Below the pieces are notes generated by a model that was not told where the DNA came from, did no database searches, and was given only the letters and a program-made list of their open reading frames with translations. 46,797 bases of DNA, from the NCBI GenBank assembly GCA_964577695.1, contig CAZOAL010000060.1, forward strand, positions 1-46,797, written 5' to 3'. The position numbers were made by a program, and so were the translations under genes. Source of the stretch: an uncultured bacterium (GTDB lineage: Bacteria; Poribacteria; WGA-4E; PCPOR2b). The first letter of the stretch is position 1. Each line of letters begins with the position of its first letter. Shown piece by piece: positions 26,429 through 36,008 of the stretch.

Positions 26429-26980
26429 TTACTGCTTCTCGTAAACCATTGTGATATTCTCGCTTATTACGATGCCGTAGATTATCAGTCTGTTTCCGTC
26501 ACGTTTGACAGTAGTTTCTACCCAGGCAGTTGTTTCTCCCCGATCTGTTCTCACAGAGTTACCGACGTTTATCAGGGGAATTGGATCAGGCGGTCGGGCA
26601 CCAAAGAACCCAACGACTACCATCCCACCTTCAAAGAGCTTGCCTTCAGATGACACGGTGTTACCGGAGATTTTATAGGTGCCTGTCGCAACCGTGAATT
26701 TTTTGAAAGAACTCGTCGACGTAGTCGTCACACGCCATGTTCCATCAGCTTTGAAGATCAGGGTTTGTTCTAAGGGAGGCTCCCAACCCACCACCGAAAC
26801 CAGTTTCCATGTACCAACAATATCAATCTTGTTGCCACTACCGGTATTTGTATCATCATCATCACCACAACCAATCAAAATCACAGTACATAAAATGCCT
26901 AGAATGACTAAGGGCAATTGGATTCTTTTCATGACAATCAACATGGACACAAAAAAACGCATTATTCGCTCCTTTCTCAT
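26429..26980 (-). CDS. Lipoprotein with lipocalin-like domain
   Basis: Lipobox LIGCG followed by an Asp/Gly-rich linker, then the GTWKLVS motif typical of lipocalin-like (PF13648) domains. Confidence 0.5.
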   Translation of the reverse strand: MRKERIMRFFVSMLIVMKRIQLPLVILGILCTVILIGCGDDDDTNTGSGNKIDIVGTWKLVSVVGWEPPLEQTLIFKADGTWRVTTTSTSSFKKFTVATGTYKISGNTVSSEGKLFEGGMVVVGFFGARPPDPIPLINVGNSVRTDRGETTAWVETTVKRDGNRLIIYGIVISENITMVYEKQ

Positions 26981-27140
26981 TGTCCCACGCGGTTTTTTAG
27001 GGAATCATTTCGCAACAGTTACTTTCCCGGCATTATACAACTAACACCCAATATTTGTCAAGATAATCTTCTAAAAATACCCAATATTACTTTCTGGTTT
27101 TGCCCTTCATGTAATGTTAAGTTAAAACATGGAGGACAAA

Positions 27141-27473
27141 ATGAAGGACCAATTCAGGGTTAAACTTGGGGAAAGAATTAGGGCGCTAAGAAAGGAAGTC
27201 GAACTGACCCAAGAACAATTAGCAGAGAAAGCAGATGTCAGTGTTAACTTTATCGGAAACGCTGAAAGAGGTGAAAGTGCTGCCTCTGTTAAAACTTTGA
27301 GAAGGATTGCAAAAGCATTGGGAGTCAACCTAAAGGATTTGTTTGATTTTCCAGATGAAGATACTGGCGAGATTATAGATGAGATTATGATTTTGTTGAA
27401 AAGCCAAGAGCGGGGGATTGAAGATTTGAAGGTGATTAGAAATTTGATAAGGATGGTGCAACGGAAAAGATAG
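27141..27473 (+). CDS. XRE-family helix-turn-helix transcriptional regulator
   Basis: RIRALRKEVELTQEQLAEKADVSVNFIGNAERGESAASVKTLRRIAKALGV. RBS GGAGGA before the ATG at 27141. Confidence 0.8.
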   Translation: MKDQFRVKLGERIRALRKEVELTQEQLAEKADVSVNFIGNAERGESAASVKTLRRIAKALGVNLKDLFDFPDEDTGEIIDEIMILLKSQERGIEDLKVIRNLIRMVQRKR

Positions 27474-27503
27474 TGTCTTGAGGAAAACAAAAAACCGGAC
27501 AAT

Positions 27504-27538
27504 CAGACTTCCGAAGTCTCTAAGACTTCGGAAGTCTG
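27504..27538. terminator. Bidirectional terminator hairpin (16-bp perfect stem CAGACTTCCGAAGTCT / AGACTTCGGAAGTCTG, 3-nt loop) between convergent genes
   Basis: Read directly. Flanked by AAAAACCGGACAA / TTGTCCG outer pairing. Confidence 0.65.
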
Positions 27539-27641
27539 GAATGAGAAAAGATCGAAATGATTTTGTCCGACTATTTATCCGGTATGAAAAGGGAGAAATT
27601 GTCGGAATGAAAAACTCGCATCACGAAAGCTAGGCGAAGTT

Positions 27642-30600
27642 TCACCCGGTGCTTTCCTTTTCGATATTGACTTCCGCATCAATCTGGGTCAGCAACTGCT
27701 CAACGGCAACATCCAGTTGACCATCGATTCCGCGTTCAGATTCGCCAAGCGGGCGCTCCACCTCAACATCAACCGGTCGGGCAGCACCTTCCGTGTTTTC
27801 ACCGCTCAAGGTTGTGACTTTCAAGCGCGGCAACCGGAACCAGGTTCCATCCAACAGGCTCCATCCCCATGTCCAGATGACCGCGCCAGCGGTCGGCATG
27901 CCGACCACTTTGCCGAGCCCCAACCGTCGGAACCCTTCACTGAACATCTCCGCATTGCTCCCAGAGTGTTCGTTGGTAATCAGGATGACTGGCTTTTCCA
28001 GGATTCGGTTGCCTGCAAGGTTCGTGTCTGGTGTGGTCTTATGCCCACGGTAGCTTGATTGCGTGTAGGCTTTTCTATGCAAGACATCAAGGATAAACGG
28101 TGCAATATGCCCGCCGCCGTTGAACCGCACATCAATGATGACGCCCTCTTTGCTGTGCGTTTCCGTGTCGAGGTCGGCGATGAACTGGAGATAGGCTTCG
28201 TATGACATCGCACGGATATGGGCATACCCCAGTCGCCCGTTGCTCTTTTCATTAACATATTCCCCGTTACGACGCACCCAATCCTTGTAACGGAGGTCGG
28301 TGTGCTTGCCGCTATCAATCGGTTGGACGATCACTTCCCGTGCGCCCTCAAGTGCAGGCTTGTCGTTGAGTTTTAACCGCACCCGCTTCCCACTTTTCCG
28401 CTGGAGTTGTTCATCAAGGTTGACACGTCCGTTGAGTTCAACCCTATCGACTGCGACCAGATACTCCCCAACCCGCGCGGGTTCTTTCGGAAGTGCCAAC
28501 GGAGATTGCGGCAGGATGTAAGTTATCTTGAAATGACCATTGCTTTCCAACTCACCCCGATCAAAATCTGCCCCCAGATAACTATCCGGCGCACTCTCGT
28601 TTCCGCCGCCTGCGCCGAGGTGCGAAGCGTTCAGTTCACCCACCATGAGGTTCAAAATCTCGCGGAAGTCGGTCTGGGTTTGGGCACCCTGAACGATAGG
28701 GCGAAACCGGTCCCGTACTCCCTCCCAATCACATCCGTGGAAGTGTGGGTCGTAAAAATGGTTGCGTATCATGGTCCACGCCTCGTCGAAGGCTTGCATC
28801 TTTTCGAGATGGAAATTAACTTCAATCTCTGCTTTGGTGTCTAATGCTTTTGCGTCCCCATCTTTTGCCCCTTCTTCATTCATACCCAACGAATGAATCC
28901 GTCCGCCGTCGAGGTAATAAAGTTTCTTGCCCTCTGGCAGAAAATGGACGCTCCCTTTGCTCCCCGCGGTTGAAGTCAACTGCTTGGGAAGTTCACTTTG
29001 CTTATCCTCCTCAAGCGATAGACTCCATAGATTGGGTTGGCCTGTCATAGAGGCACAGAAGACCAGGGTTTTGCCGTCAGGGCGAATGCACATTGCCTGG
29101 GCATTGAGCTTAAAATCTGTGAGGAAACGGAGTCGATGCTTGATAGTCTCAAATTCAATTTCAACCGGTTCGATCTTCTTTTTCTTTTTATCTTTCTCCT
29201 TTTTGTCATCAGATTCATCGTTGGTTTTTTCTTTCGCAGGCTCGCTTTCTGTGTAGAACACGCTTCTAGCTGGTTCACAAACGACCTTGAACAAGCTGGC
29301 AGCTGGTTCTACTTTGTCATCAGATTCATCGTTGGATTTCCTTTCCTCGGGCTCGGCTTCTGCTGATGAGACACCGTTGTAGGATGAGCTGGCACCTTGT
29401 TCTACCCTGGGTTTCGCCTCAGGAGGTTGCGGTGTATCTTTGTCTTTCTCTTTTTCCTTTTCCTCTTCAAAGAGTTTATCAAAGTCCTCCTCTTTGAAGA
29501 GCGGTGGAATTGGCTTCAGGTCGACTCGTGCAATCTGAGTTTCTGTCCGATATTGTCCTGTGTTGAACACAATAAACTTTCCATCGGGCGACCAGAGGAT
29601 GCGATAGGACGAGATGTTACTCAAGAAGGTGAGGGGTTTAGGCACTTCCGCCTCGATCTGCTGGGCGTAGAGATTGCTGAAAAAATTTGCATCTTGCGCG
29701 ATGAAGGCAATCCATTTGCTATCGGGCGACCACTCAAAATCCGCAGGCACAGGCACCCCCGTAAACACCTGATCGGTGATAAAAGGACGCTTTTCCTGGG
29801 TTTCGGTGTTCATCAGCCAGATTGCGGTGTTGCCTTGAATATAAGCGAGCCATTTGCCATCGGGCGAAAAGGTGGGAGCATATTTCGGTTCCGGCGAATC
29901 GGTGAGTTGGGTTTCTAGGCGCGCTTTGAAATCATACTGGAAAATCTCATTGTGTCCCGTCCGGTCAGAGACGTACACGACGCGATCGCTTGCCGGGTGC
30001 CATTGTAACTGGCTCTCACGGGCGGAGGTGTCTGTGACCTTGAACGAATCCCCCCCTTTTTTGACCTTATCCCCTTTATCCGCGAGGTCCGCAAAGACCT
30101 CGCCGTGAACAATAAATGCGACCTTTTTGCCATCCGGAGAGAGCTCAAATTCGTTAATGTTCGCGGTATGGGTCTGATGGTTAATTGGGTTTGTCTTTTC
30201 GTCCGTCTGAACGATGATTTCTACTGGCTCGGCTTCCCGCGCTTCGAGGTTCAGGCACCAGAGCTGAAAATCGCGTTCAAAGGCGATCCGTTTGCCGTCT
30301 GCGGAGATTGATGGACGCAGCACGCGCCCGCTGGTAAAATGGGTAATTTGTTCCGCTCTCTCATCCCCTTCCAATGGCATATACCAGATATTCTCCTCAC
30401 CATCGCGGTCACAGAGGTAATAGACCCCGCTGCCGTCAGCATTCCACATCGGGCGGAGGTTTCTGCCGAGATAGCACGTCAACCGTCGGTGGTCAGCGGC
30501 TCCCAGCACTTCACTCATCACCCAGATGTCAGAATGCCCAGATGGATTTGGGCCGTGCCGCCACCACGGATGCCCGTTGTTATTAAACGCGAACCTTTTC

Positions 30601-31265
30601 CCATCGGGGGAGATTGCTAAATGATAGTGGGTCTCCAGCGCATCCCCCGCAATTCGGACGGGGGTGCCGCCATCGACATGGACCTTGTAACTGGCACCGC
30701 ACAACCCGTCATACCCCGATGTAAAGTAAATCCATTTTCCATCGGGTGACCAACAGGCAGGCGGGGCGGATGCGTTGTGATAGGTCAAGCGCCGGGGTGC
30801 GCCGCTCGATTTGAGCGGAATGACGTAGATATTTCCTCCACCTGTGCGCTGAGAGGCAAACGCCAATTGGGCTCCATCGGGCGAGAAGATTGGGAACGAA
30901 TCATAGTTTGCGTGAGCCGTGATGCGCCTCGCCCCCCCCCCAGTGGCAGGAACAATCCACAAGTCCCCCGCGTAGCAAAAGGCAATCTCCCCCCCATCAG
31001 GTGAAAGGGCTGGCTGGCGTAGATACGGGATATGGACTCGTTCCCACGCTCTGCGTGGGAATGCAGATGCGTTTTTAGCACGGTTATCTTCGCTCGTGTA
31101 AAGCGTTGATAACATCGTCAAAAATAGGCGACTGAGATTGGTCATACACGCTTCCTTTCTGTAAGAGCAGATTTCGTGTCTGCCTTGCGTATGATTTTTG
31201 AATTGACAAGCCGGGAGAATAGGCATCCCGTCGAAGTAAAAAGTGACATGATTTGAGGCTAACAA
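27642..31265 (-). CDS. Tricorn protease homolog (PD40/WD40-like beta-propellers, PDZ, C-terminal S41 peptidase) with an acidic Lys/Glu-rich low-complexity insertion
   Basis: PD40 blades (SPDGKRFAF, SPDGKKVAF, SPDGKWLAY, SPDSKWIAF, SPDGKFIVF). S41 core GGGHIAPF...LITNEHSGSNAEMFSEG. KE-rich insert near aa 590-700. A likely internal start is MTNLSR at about 31145. Confidence 0.85.
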   Translation of the reverse strand: MLASNHVTFYFDGMPILPACQFKNHTQGRHEICSYRKEACMTNLSRLFLTMLSTLYTSEDNRAKNASAFPRRAWERVHIPYLRQPALSPDGGEIAFCYAGDLWIVPATGGGARRITAHANYDSFPIFSPDGAQLAFASQRTGGGNIYVIPLKSSGAPRRLTYHNASAPPACWSPDGKWIYFTSGYDGLCGASYKVHVDGGTPVRIAGDALETHYHLAISPDGKRFAFNNNGHPWWRHGPNPSGHSDIWVMSEVLGAADHRRLTCYLGRNLRPMWNADGSGVYYLCDRDGEENIWYMPLEGDERAEQITHFTSGRVLRPSISADGKRIAFERDFQLWCLNLEAREAEPVEIIVQTDEKTNPINHQTHTANINEFELSPDGKKVAFIVHGEVFADLADKGDKVKKGGDSFKVTDTSARESQLQWHPASDRVVYVSDRTGHNEIFQYDFKARLETQLTDSPEPKYAPTFSPDGKWLAYIQGNTAIWLMNTETQEKRPFITDQVFTGVPVPADFEWSPDSKWIAFIAQDANFFSNLYAQQIEAEVPKPLTFLSNISSYRILWSPDGKFIVFNTGQYRTETQIARVDLKPIPPLFKEEDFDKLFEEEKEKEKDKDTPQPPEAKPRVEQGASSSYNGVSSAEAEPEERKSNDESDDKVEPAASLFKVVCEPARSVFYTESEPAKEKTNDESDDKKEKDKKKKKIEPVEIEFETIKHRLRFLTDFKLNAQAMCIRPDGKTLVFCASMTGQPNLWSLSLEEDKQSELPKQLTSTAGSKGSVHFLPEGKKLYYLDGGRIHSLGMNEEGAKDGDAKALDTKAEIEVNFHLEKMQAFDEAWTMIRNHFYDPHFHGCDWEGVRDRFRPIVQGAQTQTDFREILNLMVGELNASHLGAGGGNESAPDSYLGADFDRGELESNGHFKITYILPQSPLALPKEPARVGEYLVAVDRVELNGRVNLDEQLQRKSGKRVRLKLNDKPALEGAREVIVQPIDSGKHTDLRYKDWVRRNGEYVNEKSNGRLGYAHIRAMSYEAYLQFIADLDTETHSKEGVIIDVRFNGGGHIAPFILDVLHRKAYTQSSYRGHKTTPDTNLAGNRILEKPVILITNEHSGSNAEMFSEGFRRLGLGKVVGMPTAGAVIWTWGWSLLDGTWFRLPRLKVTTLSGENTEGAARPVDVEVERPLGESERGIDGQLDVAVEQLLTQIDAEVNIEKESTG

Positions 31266-31450
31266 CGTGCTATTTTATCACGTTTTGCGAGCCTTGTCAA
31301 TAGTTGGATCAAGACCAACCTTCTAAACGCATTGACACCGGAAAGTGAAGTATGCTAAACTATCGGTGGAAGTCTACTTCTCACGTTTTACGCAATAGAC
31401 ACACATGCGTCATCCTCGCGCTTGGCAACCGTAAAGGCAGGGGTCTCATC

Positions 31451-31870
31451 ATGGCAGAAATGGAACTGTATACCTTAGATCAACGGTTTGGCAAATTTGA
31501 AGGGGTCCAACAACAGCATGATCAACGTCTGGCAGAGATTGAACAACGACTCAGAACCATTGAGGTTTTAATTACCGATGTGCGCACGGAAGGGCACCGG
31601 GAACGAGAGGCGTTGCGTGCTGAACTGAGTGGCAAAATGGATGGGATTCGTACTGAGTTGTTGAATCAAATCAACGGCAACCGTAATGAACTCAATGGGC
31701 GAATCGATAGCCTGCGAGCGGAACTCAATGGGCGAATCGATAAGCTCAGTGAACGGATAGATAAGCTAAGTGATAAAATTGATGGTTTATACAAGTGGTT
31801 TATCGGTATCCTGATTGCGGTTGGAGCCAGCGTGATTGCGGCGATTCTCAGGGGCTTTTTTCAGGGGTAG
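31451..31870 (+). CDS. Coiled-coil protein with 11-residue repeats and a C-terminal transmembrane anchor
   Basis: LNGRIDSLRAE/LNGRIDKLSER/IDKLSDKIDGL hendecad-like repeats, then the WFIGILIAVGASVIAAIL helix. Confidence 0.5.
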   Translation: MAEMELYTLDQRFGKFEGVQQQHDQRLAEIEQRLRTIEVLITDVRTEGHREREALRAELSGKMDGIRTELLNQINGNRNELNGRIDSLRAELNGRIDKLSERIDKLSDKIDGLYKWFIGILIAVGASVIAAILRGFFQG

Positions 31871-31979
31871 TTGATAGCGTGTCGCCCCTACAACCGCTGC
31901 AAGATATGTTTGACTAACACAATCAAGCACAAAAACCAAACGCACTAAATAACCCAAAAACGGAAGGGAGAAGAACGGG

Positions 31980-32891
31980 ATGAACGTTATCGTCATTGTC
32001 ACAGACAGCTTGCGGGCTGACCATTGCAGTTGCTACCCAATGGCTGTGAGTTACAACGGCCAGAAAGTCGCTACCCCTCATCTGGATGGATTGGCGGCGG
32101 ATGGAACGATGTTCCTGCACGCCTACTCCGAGAGCTTGCCCACACTTCCGACGCGCACGACATGGTGGACCGGGCGCGTCGGGTTTCCCTTTCGCGGATG
32201 GCAAACCTTTGAACCCAACGACTACTTGCTGGCGGAAGTGCTATGGGATAAAGGCTTTACCTCTGCCCTCATCACTGATACTTACCATGCGCACAAGCCT
32301 GTTTACAACTGCGGATGTGGGTTTGACACTGTTATGTGGGTGCGCGGTCAGGAGTATGACCCCTGGATTGTCGACGCGCGTCCCGTTGACCTGAATCAAC
32401 TTCTAATTGAACCAGTGTGGAATTGAAACACGATTCTGGATGCGCTGGGCATCCCAACACCGTTGCCATTGATTTACCGTGCTCTAATTGAACCAGTGTG
32501 GAATTGAAACACGATTCTGGATGCGCTGGGCGTCCCAACGCCGTTGCCATTGATTTACCGTGCCCCCCAAACAACGGGCACCTTCCCGCAGGATATGTCA
32601 GTTTCTCAGAAGGGAATTGGGATGCACGGTCACAGCTTGCTGCCGCTGTTGCGCGGCGAGGTCGAGCGTGTGCGTGACTTCGCCTGCACAGGTCATTATC
32701 GCCAAACGTGGTCAATCCAAGACGCCGAGTGGCGATACCTGCTCTTCATTGATGGGAGCAAACCGTCAGAGCTCTACCATCGTCCTGATGACCCTTATGA
32801 CCAGCGCAATGTCATTGATGCGCACCGAGAAGTCGCTGACGCGCTGGAATTGGAATTGCGGCGCTGGGTCGCTAATCTAGCACATCTGTAG
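31980..32891 (+). pseudogene. Disrupted sulfatase-family (alkaline-phosphatase superfamily) gene: N-terminal 148 codons and C-terminal ~128 codons in the same frame, separated by two in-frame TGA codons; the central catalytic region is missing
   Basis: N-terminus VIVIVTDSLRADH...SESLPTLPTRTTWWTG. C-terminus NTILDALGVPTPLP...GHSLLPLLRGE...ELYHRPDDPYDQRNV. Stops at 32424-32426 and 32505-32507 are both in frame 0. Confidence 0.7.
32403..32564. repeat. 81-bp tandem duplication (2 copies) at the sulfatase deletion junction, each copy carrying an in-frame TGA
   Basis: Copies at 32403-32483 and 32484-32564 differ at 3 positions. Confidence 0.85.
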
Positions 32892-33014
32892 CCTGAAGGA
32901 AATCGTGCACAGAAACCGAGTTTTTCGGAAAAACTCGGTTTCTCCCAGCAAACTCGCACCTATTTTTGACATGAGTCGAATTTTTAATCTGGAAACATCT
33001 AAGGAGAGCTCGCG

Positions 33015-34031
33015 ATGAAAGTTGCAGCGATGTTGGGTGATGGGAAAGCGGGTCTGGTAGAGAAGCCGGACCCAACGCCCAAGGAGGATTTTGTCCTAGT
33101 TAAAGTCCGTGCTGTACCAATGTGCACCGAGTACAAAGGGTTCAAAGCCGGTCACACCGGTGACAATTTTGGACATGAAGCAGCGGGAGAAGTGGTAGAG
33201 GTCGCTCAACCTGGATTGGTTCAGGTGGGTGACCGCGTCGTTGTCCAACCCCAATATCCGTGTGGCAAATGCGCGCTGTGCCTCGCGGGTGAATACATTC
33301 ACTGTCAGCATGGGCGGAATGTGCGGGAGATCACGGGGTCAAGCACTGGCACCGCGACGTATGCCCAGTACCTGCTGAAACAGGATTGGCTGCTGTCACC
33401 AATTCCCGATGGCGTCAGCTACGAACACGCGGGCATGGCGTGCTGTGGGCTCGGCCCAACCTTTGGGGTGATGCAGCAGATGCAGGTCAATGCGCTTGAT
33501 ACTGTTCTCATTACCGGTTTAGGACCTGTGGGATTGGGCGGTGTCATCAACGCCCATTATCGCGGGGCGCGTATCATCGGGGTTGAGAGCCATCCGTACC
33601 GCGCGAATCTGGCGAAGGAATTAGGTGCCGAGGTGGTGCTCAATCCCAATGATGAGAATGTGCTCCAGCAAATCATGGACCTGACGGATGGGGTTGGAGT
33701 TGACAAGGCTGTGGACTGCTCCGGAGCGTCTCAGGCGCATCGACTCATGGTTGACGCGCTTCGGCGCAAGGGTCAGGCATGCTTTGTCGGTGAAGGCGGC
33801 GAGTTTCCCCTCGCAGCCAGCAGAGACATGATTCGCAAAGGATTAGTTCTGCGCGGTAACTGGCATTACAATCTCGGGGATTATCCGAAACTTATCAAGA
33901 TTATTCAGGGAGCACCGAAGCAACTTGATACGTTTATCACGCATACGTTCCCGATGAGTCAGGTGCAAAAGGCATGGGAATTACAAATCACTGGCGAGTG
34001 CGGCAAAGTCGTTCTTGACCCTTGGTCGTAA
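33015..34031 (+). CDS. Zinc-dependent alcohol/threonine dehydrogenase family (MDR) oxidoreductase
   Basis: Structural-zinc Cys cluster CGKCALCLAGEYIHC. Catalytic ...GHEAAGEVVEV. NAD fold GLGPVGLG. Confidence 0.9.
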   Translation: MKVAAMLGDGKAGLVEKPDPTPKEDFVLVKVRAVPMCTEYKGFKAGHTGDNFGHEAAGEVVEVAQPGLVQVGDRVVVQPQYPCGKCALCLAGEYIHCQHGRNVREITGSSTGTATYAQYLLKQDWLLSPIPDGVSYEHAGMACCGLGPTFGVMQQMQVNALDTVLITGLGPVGLGGVINAHYRGARIIGVESHPYRANLAKELGAEVVLNPNDENVLQQIMDLTDGVGVDKAVDCSGASQAHRLMVDALRRKGQACFVGEGGEFPLAASRDMIRKGLVLRGNWHYNLGDYPKLIKIIQGAPKQLDTFITHTFPMSQVQKAWELQITGECGKVVLDPWS

Positions 34032-34195
34032 ATCGACCAGATAATGCGCCAACATTTTGTTATATCAATTTAATTCCAATAGCACTCAACCATCTCTGCG
34101 TGCCTACGATGAGTCGGATGAAAGGGACAAAAGGGACTCTAAGTACACCGTATCTTTGACTCACTGAAAATGCGGGATTGCCTAAACTGGCTTTT

Positions 34196-34283
34196 GGGTG
34201 TTAGGGGTGTTAGGAGCATCGGGGTGTTAGGAGAAATCGCTCTCTCCTAGCACTCCTTAAACTCCGTCACTCCTAACACTCAG
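34196..34283. promoter_or_regulatory. Cluster of five GTGTTAGGAG-type 10/11-mers (3 direct, 2 inverted)
   Basis: gggtgttaggggtgttaggagcatcggggtgttaggag ... ctcctagcactcc ... tcctaacactc. About 135 nt upstream of the 34419 ORF. Confidence 0.4.
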
Positions 34284-34418
34284 ATACCAGCATGGTGACA
34301 GAACTGATTTCGATAAACTCAATCCAAGCAATAGTACCCAAAGTCGAGATTCAAAAAAGGGTCTCAAACAGACGGAATCCCAAGTTAAAAGTAACGTCTG
34401 GTCTATTACCGTTCAAAG

Positions 34419-34772
34419 GTGAATAGGCGGTTACGATATAACGAGGGAATCGCGGTGTCTACCCTATTCACGTTAGAAATTCCAAACGAGATTCTACGCC
34501 CCCTTGAAAGATTAGCCCAACATCAGCACAAGTTGCTGGATGAGCTTATCCTGGAGGAGTTAAAATGGATGGCAATTCGCGCTGAAGAGCCAAACCCAAC
34601 GCGAAAACGGATCGAACAGGCGTTGGTTGGTAGTGGTTTATTGAACCCATCACCCAAAGAACAGCCCTCTCCACCCCTATCGGACGCGGAGCGGGAAAAA
34701 CTGGCTCAAAAGCTTTCACAAGCAGGACTGCTATCCGAATGGATTCTGGCTGAACGCGAGGAGCGGGTGTAA
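34419..34772 (+). CDS. Hypothetical small protein, possibly an orphan antitoxin-like gene
   Basis: GTG start. Its stop overlaps the ATG of a 25-codon ORF (34772-34849, MSTYFLESSGLTKRDGCEIFTARSL*) in TA-like TAATG fashion. Confidence 0.35.
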   Translation: MNRRLRYNEGIAVSTLFTLEIPNEILRPLERLAQHQHKLLDELILEELKWMAIRAEEPNPTRKRIEQALVGSGLLNPSPKEQPSPPLSDAEREKLAQKLSQAGLLSEWILAEREERV

Positions 34773-34960
34773 TGTCGACTTACTTTTTGGAAAGCAGCGG
34801 CCTCACCAAACGAGACGGCTGCGAAATTTTCACCGCGAGGTCTCTATGAAAGCAATAGGTAAATAGTTTCAGAGGGGCGCAGACTGTTAGGTTATTCTCT
34901 TTTCCAATTATCGCCTTTTTGCCGCCTCATTCAGCATAGACTCCCCCAATTGACAATCAC

Positions 34961-34989
34961 TTGACATTTTGGTAACATAATAGTATCAT
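34961..34989 (+). promoter_or_regulatory. Sigma-70-like promoter TTGACA-N17-TATCAT upstream of the 35044 gene
   Basis: cttgacattttggtaacataatagtatcat read directly. Confidence 0.5.
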
Positions 34990-35043
34990 CTACTGCGTAC
35001 AATAATCGCGCGTTAGCGCGCAAATAGAGATCGGAGGGAAGTT

Positions 35044-36003
35044 ATGATGTCGAGGTTTCAACGTATTCCCCTTTTTATTAGTCTAATTATTGTGAGTCTC
35101 ATTTTTATCACCTCAAGCTGGGGGGAGCCAGCCATCCAGATTCTTGAAAAAGAAAAAAAGATAGTCTTGACCGGGGAGATTTCCAAAGCGCTCGGCATGT
35201 ATGACGAGCATTTGCAAGGTGCGGTGGAGTATCTGGTTTGTGCGAAGGGTGGCAAGGAGTACGAGAGCATTCTCGTCGTCGATAGTACGGCAAAGGAGAT
35301 TTATGATGCCATGATTAAGCTCGGCGTCGAGAAAGGGACTGCCCCTTCTTACGACGCAACACAGGAAAAGATGATTCCCCCGAAAGGGACGGGCACCCTG
35401 CTGTTCGTTGAATGGACAGCCAACGGTGAAACGAAACGGGTTCGCGCCGAAGAGCTCCTTTACAACATGCGGACCCAAAAGCCGATGGAGCATGTCGCCT
35501 GGACCTTTTCCGGTTCTCAAATGGTATATGACCTTGAGAATGAGAAGGAGGATGTCATGATTCCCCAGGCGTTCATGAGCCACGATATCGTTGCCCTCAA
35601 CTATCTCGATGGCAGCGCCTTATTTCAAAACCCGCTCCCAGAAGCGGCAAAGGAAAATACCTATAAGAAGAACGAAAAGTTACTTCCGCCACTTGGGACC
35701 CGTGTGAAACTCACCATTGAGGTCAGCCAGAAGATGCAACTGTATATTCTCATCAGCGGCCGGGTGCAGGGTGTTGGATTTCGTGATTTTACACGACAAA
35801 ATGCGATGAACCTCGGCATTCGCGGTTACGCGAAGAACCTGCCCAACGGCAAAGTTGAGGTCGTCGCCGAAGGGGAGAAAGCCGCGCTTGATGCGTTCGT
35901 GGCAATCTTGCGTAAAGGTCCCCCCGCTGCCCAGGTCGATGATGTCAAAATTGAAGAACGTCCATTTAGTGGCACCTATAACACTTTTGAAATCAAGTAT
36001 TGA
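35044..36003 (+). CDS. Secreted/membrane-anchored protein with an unknown ~220-aa N-terminal domain fused to a C-terminal acylphosphatase domain
   Basis: N-terminal hydrophobic helix. C-terminus LYILISGRVQGVGFRDFTRQNAMNLGIRGYAKNLPNGKVEVVAEGEKAALDAFVAILRKGPPAAQVDDV is an acylphosphatase signature. Confidence 0.75.
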   Translation: MMSRFQRIPLFISLIIVSLIFITSSWGEPAIQILEKEKKIVLTGEISKALGMYDEHLQGAVEYLVCAKGGKEYESILVVDSTAKEIYDAMIKLGVEKGTAPSYDATQEKMIPPKGTGTLLFVEWTANGETKRVRAEELLYNMRTQKPMEHVAWTFSGSQMVYDLENEKEDVMIPQAFMSHDIVALNYLDGSALFQNPLPEAAKENTYKKNEKLLPPLGTRVKLTIEVSQKMQLYILISGRVQGVGFRDFTRQNAMNLGIRGYAKNLPNGKVEVVAEGEKAALDAFVAILRKGPPAAQVDDVKIEERPFSGTYNTFEIKY

Positions 36004-36008
36004 CGAGT

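Noticed and set aside
32424-32507. In-frame TGA codons in the sulfatase remnant considered as selenocysteine sites
   Set aside because: The TGAs lie in a duplicated junction that has lost the central catalytic region. No SECIS-like hairpin follows, and sulfatases are not selenoproteins.
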